Assembly (NCBI GenBank): GCA_965219455.1
Contig: OZ244744.1
Span: forward strand, 64,001-128,000
Direction: 5' to 3'
DNA length: 64,000 nt
DNA from: Candidatus Latescibacterota bacterium
Lineage (GTDB): Bacteria; Latescibacterota; UBA2968; GCA-2709665
Positions 57,563 to 64,000 of the stretch are shown here, one piece after another; position 1 is the first letter of the stretch, and the number at the start of each line of letters is the position of its first letter. Both the position numbers and the translations under genes were made by a program. The notes beneath the pieces are model-generated. The model searched no databases, was not told the DNA's origin, and worked only from the letters and a program-made list of their open reading frames with translations.

Positions 57563-58402
57563 ATGAGCCGGTTCAAATTCGGTATTCTGGAAGACGTACT
57601 GCAGTCAGACTGGTTGGATGTGTTCCCGAAAGCGAAGGCACTCGGCTACGACGGCATCGAACTGGGAATCCGGGGGAACACCTATCGCGACTCCGACCTC
57701 TGGAGCGAAGCGGGCATCGACGCCCTGGGGCAGCGCGCCGAATCGGCGGGCGTTCCCATCTTCTCCGTTTGCCTGCACACGTTCTGGCAATATTCCTTTG
57801 CCGACCCGGACGTGGCGAGCCGCTTTATGGCCAAACAGATCGTCTTCCAGGCCATTCATGCCTGTAAGGTCCTTGACATCAAAACCATACTCATTCCAGT
57901 CACCAATCCACTGGCGTTACCCCCCCGCGAAGCCGCCCATCGGTGGACCTACGAAACCCGGGCAGTTGCCTCCCAGGCGGCCGGGATGGGCATTCGGATC
58001 GGACTGGAGAACGTGGGCCGCAGCCACGTCGTCACCGGTGAACACATGAGGGAACTGATTGAAGCGGTAGACAATCCGTACGTGGGGGCCTACTTCGACG
58101 TTGGCAACGCGCAGATGCTTGGCAGCAACTCGGTCTCTGACATCCACTGCCTGGGTGATCGGATTCTGCAGGTCCACATCAAAGACCCACGAAAAGACCG
58201 TACGCCCTGTTATGTTGGCGAGGGTGACATCGACCTGGAGGGCTGTCTGAGAGCACTGGCCGAAGTGGGATACAAGGGCCCGCTCGTCTTTGAGACGCCT
58301 CCTCTGGATGACGCGGTGTCGACCGCGGAACGCAACCTCAGAACCCTGAAATCTCTGGTCGAATCGACCGTCGTGGAATCGAGCGGAAGCGCGAATTCCT
58401 GA
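57563..58402 (+). CDS. Sugar phosphate isomerase/epimerase (hexulose-6-phosphate isomerase-like)
   Basis: LGYDGIEL, IGLENV, VGAYFDVGN, QVHIKD, GEG.ID, GY.G.LVFET. Confidence 0.92.
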   Translation: MSRFKFGILEDVLQSDWLDVFPKAKALGYDGIELGIRGNTYRDSDLWSEAGIDALGQRAESAGVPIFSVCLHTFWQYSFADPDVASRFMAKQIVFQAIHACKVLDIKTILIPVTNPLALPPREAAHRWTYETRAVASQAAGMGIRIGLENVGRSHVVTGEHMRELIEAVDNPYVGAYFDVGNAQMLGSNSVSDIHCLGDRILQVHIKDPRKDRTPCYVGEGDIDLEGCLRALAEVGYKGPLVFETPPLDDAVSTAERNLRTLKSLVESTVVESSGSANS

Positions 58403-58444
58403 AGGGCGACAAGAGAACGATCCATTCCAAAGTGTACGTACGCA

Positions 58445-58481
58445 AAAATCCCGCTACAAGCGTTACCGCCCGCGGGATTTT
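58445..58481. terminator. Bidirectional terminator
   Basis: AAAATCCCGC...GCGGGATTTT between convergent genes. Confidence 0.65.
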
Positions 58482-58500
58482 CTGTTTCCGAACCATCATC

Positions 58501-59274
58501 CTAGGTTGGATGATGCCGCTTCCTGAACGCGTAAGCCAGCCCACGAAGCACCAAGTCGGGATCAGAAAGGTGCGACGATTTGAGATAGGGTGAAAGCAAC
58601 GGCGCATCTCCGCCGGTCAGGAGTACGCGCGGCGCCCCGACCACGGTGACGGTCAGCTCTTCGACCACACGATCCACGGCTCCAGCCGCCCCGAACACCA
58701 CACCCGCCCGTATACACTCCGGCGTGTCCCGCCCCACCGCCGATGCCGGTGCTTCGAGTTCCACCTCGGGCAGCAAACTGGTCCCCGACGCGAGTGCGTT
58801 CACCGTGGCCTGCAGGCCCGGCGCGATCGTTCCGCCCATAAAACATCCCGCGGTTGAAACCAGGTCTACTGTCAGGGCGGTTCCCGCGTCAACCACAATG
58901 ACGGGGCCGCCGACCAGCCGGAACGCCGCCGCGGCAGCCAGAAGCCGGTCGACTCCCACGGCTTCCGGCCTCTCCACATCGACATCGATTCCTGGATCGG
59001 TTCGGGCATCGGCCTCGATCAGATGGCACCCTGAAAACGTCCGGACGGCCCCACGCATAACTTTCGTCATTCCCCTGACCACCGACGAAGCGATGGCCCC
59101 GTCCAACGCCCGAATTCCGATACCCGCACCTTCCAGTACGGCGCTCAGGCGCGTCGAGTACGCGCCACTGCCCAGCCCGGGGTCGGTGCCCATGGACCAG
59201 CGGGTCCGCATGTCGCTGCCGTCGAATATGGCACAGCCGATACTGGAATTCCCGATGTCAAGCGCAAGAAACAT
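58501..59274 (-). CDS. coaX: Type III pantothenate kinase
   Basis: LALDIGNS, SSVV, VGVDR, VVDAGTA.T.D, GG.IAPG, TGGDA, LVL.GL. Confidence 0.95.
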   Translation of the reverse strand: MFLALDIGNSSIGCAIFDGSDMRTRWSMGTDPGLGSGAYSTRLSAVLEGAGIGIRALDGAIASSVVRGMTKVMRGAVRTFSGCHLIEADARTDPGIDVDVERPEAVGVDRLLAAAAAFRLVGGPVIVVDAGTALTVDLVSTAGCFMGGTIAPGLQATVNALASGTSLLPEVELEAPASAVGRDTPECIRAGVVFGAAGAVDRVVEELTVTVVGAPRVLLTGGDAPLLSPYLKSSHLSDPDLVLRGLAYAFRKRHHPT

Positions 59275-59348
59275 ACACGTACTCAGTAATGGCATCCGGA
59301 CCGGAAACCACGTGCCAAAAAGAACGAGGATCCTCCTGTTGTCAATCG

Positions 59349-60383
59349 CTAAACCGTCCCTGCGCCACCCACGTCTCCAATCATGACCCTCGTGATCCCG
59401 CCATCGACACCCCGCACCAGGAGTGCGCCATCGGTTCCGACGTCCTCCGCCACGCCCTCAACGAATCCCGCGTCCGTCGTGATGCGAACCGGCTTGCCCA
59501 GCATCCGCGCTTTGCCCTTCCACAGTGTACCTATCTTCGCCTCATCCAGGCTGGCGTATACCTGCTCCAGCGCCCAAAGCACCTCGGCCAGGAGTGTCGT
59601 CCGCTCGTACACCCGACCCGTCCCGCACCGGAGGGATGTCGCGGTGTTTTGCAGACCCGATGGAAAGTCTGCCTCTTCCTGGTTCACGTTTATCCCGATG
59701 CCGAGAACGGCGAAGCGCAATCTGTCGACGCCGCCACGCGCCTCCGTAAGGATGCCCGCGAGCTTGCGGTCGTTCAGATACAGGTCGTTGGGCCATCTGA
59801 CGTCGGGGCGGACTCCGGTAGAAGCCTCGACGGCGTCGGCCAGGGCGACGGCCGCGCCGAACGTAAGCATCCAGGCGCGCGAAATCGTCAGTCGGTATCG
59901 GAGAATCAGTGAAAACCAGAGTCCCACGCCAGGCGGCGAAAACCACTTTCTGCCAAGACGCCCGCGACCGGCCTCCTGATGTTCCGCGAGGACCAGGGTG
60001 CCGTGCGGCGCGCCGGCGAGAGCAGCCCGCGTGGCCAGGGCATTTGTTGAATCCAACTCCAGGAAGCACACGGGAGACCGGCCCAGGACGCGGGTCCGCA
60101 GGTGTCCGAGCAGGCCGGTCCGGAGGATTACATCCGTTTCGGTGTCCAGACTTATGCCCGCACCGGGACAATCCGAAACGGAATACCCGAGGCGCCGCAT
60201 CGCGGCTATTCCGCTACGGACGTCGTCGGGCCTGCAGGCCAGCGCCGCGGCCAGATTTTCGACGGAAACCCGCTCCGCCCGTTGTTTGCCCAGCGCCTCG
60301 AGAACGCGATACGCAATGGGGGTCTCAACGCCGCCGGTACCGGTGGCTGATTCCGTGGAAAAACACGGCCGTTTCGCGCTCAT
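59349..60383 (-). CDS. birA: Bifunctional biotin-protein ligase/repressor
   Basis: N-terminal HTH, STN, AEHQ.AGRGRLGRKW.SP, RWPND, KLAGILTE, GIGINV. Confidence 0.95.
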   Translation of the reverse strand: MSAKRPCFSTESATGTGGVETPIAYRVLEALGKQRAERVSVENLAAALACRPDDVRSGIAAMRRLGYSVSDCPGAGISLDTETDVILRTGLLGHLRTRVLGRSPVCFLELDSTNALATRAALAGAPHGTLVLAEHQEAGRGRLGRKWFSPPGVGLWFSLILRYRLTISRAWMLTFGAAVALADAVEASTGVRPDVRWPNDLYLNDRKLAGILTEARGGVDRLRFAVLGIGINVNQEEADFPSGLQNTATSLRCGTGRVYERTTLLAEVLWALEQVYASLDEAKIGTLWKGKARMLGKPVRITTDAGFVEGVAEDVGTDGALLVRGVDGGITRVMIGDVGGAGTV

Positions 60384-61243
60384 CGGAACAACAGGCTCAT
60401 GTCCATGGACGGCGCCGAATGCGTCAACGCGCCAACCGAGATCAGATCCACACCGGTCTCGGCCACGGCGCGAACGGTTTCGAGTGTGACGTTGCCGGAT
60501 GCTTCCAGAAGGGGCCGCTCCCGTCCGAACGCCTTCGCCAGCGCCACCGCGAGGCGCGTGGTGTGCAGATCCATATTGTCCAGCATCACCCGATCCACGC
60601 CCACGGCCAGCGCGTCGTCCAATTCGCGAAGGGTTTTTACCTCCACTTCGATTATCACGCACCTCCGGTCCCGGGCCATTGCCGCCTTCACCGCGGCGAC
60701 CGCCGGTCCGATACCGTCTGCAGCTTCGATGTGGTTTTCCTTGAGGAGCACCATATCGTGGAGTCCCATCCGGTGGCTTGTTCCTCCCCCGGCGACAACC
60801 GCGTACTTGTCCGGCATCCGCAGTCCGGGCGCGGTCTTCCGGGTATCCAGAATCCTGACGCCCGTCCCGGCAACGGCGGCCACGTAGGCTGCCGTTTTCG
60901 TCGCGATTCCGGACATTCGCTGCAGGAAATTCAGCGCCGTGCGTTCCGCTGTCAGGATGCCCCGGGCGAGGCCCTCAACATCCGCCAGCACATCCTCGAC
61001 GTCAACGCGTGCGCCATCCGCGGTTCGGGGCGTCACCCGGATTCGTGAATCAACCCGATGAAATACCCGTTCCGCCACCGGCAGACCCGCGATCACACCC
61101 GGCGCCCGTGCAATCAACACGGCTCGAGCCCGGGTATTCTCGCGCACAGTCCAGGCGGTAGAAATGTCGCCGTCGCCCACGTCTTCCAGGATCGCCGCTT
61201 CGACAACGCGGTCGATGCCATCCCATTCCGGCAGGTTCGCCAT
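60380..61243 (-). CDS. nadC: Nicotinate-nucleotide diphosphorylase (carboxylating)
   Basis: ED.G.GD, ERTALNFLQRMSGIAT, LDTRKT.PG, HR.GL.D..L.KENH, MLDN, EASG, GVD.IS.GALTHS. Confidence 0.97.
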   Translation of the reverse strand: MANLPEWDGIDRVVEAAILEDVGDGDISTAWTVRENTRARAVLIARAPGVIAGLPVAERVFHRVDSRIRVTPRTADGARVDVEDVLADVEGLARGILTAERTALNFLQRMSGIATKTAAYVAAVAGTGVRILDTRKTAPGLRMPDKYAVVAGGGTSHRMGLHDMVLLKENHIEAADGIGPAVAAVKAAMARDRRCVIIEVEVKTLRELDDALAVGVDRVMLDNMDLHTTRLAVALAKAFGRERPLLEASGNVTLETVRAVAETGVDLISVGALTHSAPSMDMSLLFR

Positions 61244-61244
61244 G

Positions 61245-63266
61245 TCAGTCCAAATCCAGTGTCCCGTCCGGGACCCCCTTCATGCCCGCTTTCAGCCTGG
61301 TAATCTCGTCTCTATATTCGGCCGCTCTTTCGAATGCCAGTTCCGCCGCGGCCCTGGCCATTTTGTCTTCGAGATCCGCGATAACGTCCACCAGGTTGGC
61401 GCCGGCCTCGTACCCGGACGTCTCCTCCGCCGCAAGCGGCATCTCCTCCTGCCTGGCATCGGCGACCGCCGTGGCTTGCAGAATCTCATCCCTGCTCTTG
61501 TAGACCGTCTGCGGCACAACGCCCAGGCGCTCATTGTATGCCTGCTGCACCTGCCGTCTGCGGTTGGTTTCTTCGATCGCCCGCCGCATGGAGTCCGTCA
61601 CCCTGTCCGCGTACAATATGACCTTGCCGGCCAGATTTCTGGCCGCCCGGCCCGCCGTCTGAATCAGCGACCGCGTCGAGCGCAGGAAGCCCTCTTTATC
61701 CGCATCCAGAATCGCGACAAGGGATACTTCAGGCAGATCCAACCCCTCGCGCAGCAGATTCACACCCACCAGAACGTCGAATTCACCCAGCCGCAACCCC
61801 CTGATGATTTCGACGCGCTCCAATGAGTCGATTTCCGAATGCATATAGCGGGCGCGTATACCCAGATCACGCATGTATTCAGCCAGGTCCTCCGACATTC
61901 TCTTGGTCAACGCGGTTACAAGCACCCGTTCTTTGCGGGCCACCCGCTCGCGTACCTCGTCGATCAGATCGTCCACCTGCCCGCGGACCGGACGCACCAG
62001 CATCTCCGGATCCAGTACCCCGGTAGGCCGGATAATCTGCTCGACCACAATGCCCTGTGTCGTTTCCAGTTCATAGTCCGCAGGTGTGGCGGACATGAAA
62101 ATCGCTGTTTTCATCATGCCTTCGAATTCCTGAAAATAAAGCGGGCGATTGTCCAGCGCGGCGGGTAGCCGAAACCCGTGTTCCACCAGTGTCGTCTTTC
62201 GCGATCGATCGGCATTCCACATCCCCCGGACCTGCGGCAACGTCACATGCGACTCGTCGACGACAACCAGGAATTCCTCCGGGAAATAGTCCAGCAACAC
62301 GTGGGGCGGCTGGCCGGGTTCCCGCCCGTCGATATATCTCGAGTAATTCTCGATTCCCGCGCAGTAGCCAATCTCACGCATCATCTCGATATCGTACCGC
62401 GTGCGGGTCTCCAGCCGCTGGGCTTCCAGGAGTTTTCCCTGGTTTCTGAATTCGTCAAGTTGCCTGGCCATGTCAATCTCAATCTGCTCGATCGCCCGCT
62501 CGATCCGCTCGCCGCTGGTCACGAAATGCCGCGCCGGGTAAATCGCCGCTCGTTCTCGCGTCTCCAGCACCTCCCCGGTCACCGTTTGCACCAGACTGAT
62601 CGCATCCACTTCGTCACCGAAGAACTCCACGCGAACCGGATCGTCCCGTTCGGGTCGATAGATCTCCACCACATCGCCGCGAACCCGAAACGAACCCGGG
62701 CCGAAATCCACGTCGTTCCGCGTATAGTGTATGTCCACCAGCCGGCGAAGCAATTCGTCCCGGTCCAGCCTTTCCCCCCGGTCGATCATCACGTGCATAC
62801 GCTCGTACTCTTCCGGATTGCCGATTCCGTAAATGCAGGATACACTGGCCACGATAATCACATCCCGGCGTTCCATCAACGCGCTTGTCGCACGCAGGCG
62901 CAGCCGGTTGATCTCATCGTTGATATCCGCTTCCTTTTCGATGAACGTATCGGTTACCGGCTTATAGGCCTCGGGCTGATAGTAGTCATAATAGGATATG
63001 AAATACTCCACTGCGTTGTCCGGAAAGAACATCTTGAATTCACCGTAAAGCTGAGCCGCCAGCGTTTTGTTGTGCGAGATCACCAGGGTTGGCATCTGTA
63101 TCGCCTCGATGACCTTTGAAATCGTAAACGTCTTCCCCGTTCCAGTCGCTCCCAAAAGGGTCTGAAACCGGTCACCCCGTTGAACGCCCTCGCTCAATTC
63201 GGCGATGGCCTGGGGCTGGTCGCCCGCCGGTTCAAACGGCGCCTGGACCCGAAATCTCGTCATCAT
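61245..63266 (-). CDS. uvrB: Excinuclease ABC subunit B
   Basis: [64 protein letters not shown]. Confidence 0.99.
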   Translation of the reverse strand: MMTRFRVQAPFEPAGDQPQAIAELSEGVQRGDRFQTLLGATGTGKTFTISKVIEAIQMPTLVISHNKTLAAQLYGEFKMFFPDNAVEYFISYYDYYQPEAYKPVTDTFIEKEADINDEINRLRLRATSALMERRDVIIVASVSCIYGIGNPEEYERMHVMIDRGERLDRDELLRRLVDIHYTRNDVDFGPGSFRVRGDVVEIYRPERDDPVRVEFFGDEVDAISLVQTVTGEVLETRERAAIYPARHFVTSGERIERAIEQIEIDMARQLDEFRNQGKLLEAQRLETRTRYDIEMMREIGYCAGIENYSRYIDGREPGQPPHVLLDYFPEEFLVVVDESHVTLPQVRGMWNADRSRKTTLVEHGFRLPAALDNRPLYFQEFEGMMKTAIFMSATPADYELETTQGIVVEQIIRPTGVLDPEMLVRPVRGQVDDLIDEVRERVARKERVLVTALTKRMSEDLAEYMRDLGIRARYMHSEIDSLERVEIIRGLRLGEFDVLVGVNLLREGLDLPEVSLVAILDADKEGFLRSTRSLIQTAGRAARNLAGKVILYADRVTDSMRRAIEETNRRRQVQQAYNERLGVVPQTVYKSRDEILQATAVADARQEEMPLAAEETSGYEAGANLVDVIADLEDKMARAAAELAFERAAEYRDEITRLKAGMKGVPDGTLDLD

Positions 63267-63592
63267 CAACCTCGCGAAAATCTCACAACTGAAAAACAGT
63301 GACCAAATGTATAGATAATTTAGAGATGGATCGATGGAAACGCAAGTACTATGCGTAAGATCCCGACTTTCGTCATGCTCGATATTCTCCTGCCTGTACG
63401 AGGCGGGATGATTCCCAACGAATACGCAAATCAGCCTCTGCCACAAAAATACGACGAATTGGCGCTTATTGTACTTTTATTTTGGGTTCAATCTGGTTAA
63501 ATTTCATTGCAAGAAGACATTACGCCGTCTCATATGACGCCCGCGCGTCCGGAAAGGTCGTTTACACAGACTCACGATTAAATCGGAAAGAT

Positions 63593-64000
63593 ATGAATCG
63601 CCTCTGTCATCGCGCATTTCCGTTCTTTCTTGCCGGCGCGGTTTCCGCCTGCGGCGGCAGGAATCCTCCCGCTCCCCTGTCCCCCGCGGGAACCGGAAGC
63701 AGCGGCGAGGCCGAAAGGACCTCATCGCTGCCGGACAGGAATTTCCTGGACGTCTCCCGCTTTCCCCTGAACCATCTGATTAGCGGTAACGTCGCCAAAG
63801 ACGGCATTCCCGCGCTGACAGATCCGGATTTCGTCCGCGAGGGTTCGGTCTATGCGGCCTACCTCAAGGACGAAGATCTCGTACTTGGCCTCTACCTCAA
63901 CGGCATCGCCAAGGCCTATCCACACAATATTGGCTGGCACCATGAAATCATCAACGACGTCATCGGCGACCGGTACATGGTTATCACGCTATGCCCGCTC
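63593..64000 (+). CDS. DUF3179 domain lipoprotein, runs off the window end
   Basis: Not in the ORF track; my translation: MNRLCHRAFPFFLAGAVSAC...KDGIPALTDPDF...LKDEDLVLG...AKAYPHNIGWHHEIINDVIG...ITLCPL. Confidence 0.88.
   Translation, partial: MNRLCHRAFPFFLAGAVSACGGRNPPAPLSPAGTGSSGEAERTSSLPDRNFLDVSRFPLNHLISGNVAKDGIPALTDPDFVREGSVYAAYLKDEDLVLGLYLNGIAKAYPHNIGWHHEIINDVIGDRYMVITLCPL

Noticed and set aside
63331-63360. Palindrome ACGCA-N7-TGCGT upstream of uvrB as a LexA box
   Set aside because: Does not match LexA motifs I know (CTGT-N8-ACAG, GAAC-N4-GTTC) and a single short palindrome is weak evidence
1-64000. CRISPR array, rRNA, tRNA, transposase, prophage or reverse transcriptase
   Set aside because: No regularly spaced repeats or diagnostic motifs found by reading; intergenic gaps are too short for arrays

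Overview
High-GC bacterial chromosome segment. The rplM-rpsI-rpsB-tsf-frr order, short EF-Ts, and abundance of Gfo/Idh/MocA oxidoreductases, PhyH dioxygenases, a sulfatase, PQQ-like propeller, DUF1080 and an FN3/Calx-beta lipoprotein suggest an FCB-superphylum organism (Latescibacterota/Gemmatimonadota-like), possibly a marine sponge symbiont; this is inference. Housekeeping blocks are the translation cluster (28047-31379, with a t44/S2 leader and no pyrH) and uvrB-nadC-birA-coaX (58501-63266). An AT-richer putative defence islet lies directly downstream of frr (23008-27946): a Zn-ribbon amino-methyltransferase, a PD-(D/E)xK endonuclease and an unknown membrane protein. Most notable observations: (1) an apparent bacterial homologue of the animal OSGIN1/2 (OKL38) flavoprotein, with face-to-face promoters and a structured leader; (2) mini-genes that look like in-frame fusions of the first and last ~25 codons of mgtE and of a TIM-barrel sugar isomerase, plus a Na/Pi-symporter tail, suggesting streamlining by short-homology deletion; (3) an unannotated stand-alone transcription unit with promoter, perfect SD, an 11-codon ORF, hairpins and terminator; (4) a 7-codon leader ORF ahead of the adhesin-like gene; (5) a PhyH-family enzyme with HxG in place of HxD. 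No rRNA, tRNA, CRISPR array or transposase was seen. All family assignments are by motif recognition from memory, not database searches; GC statements are by eye.
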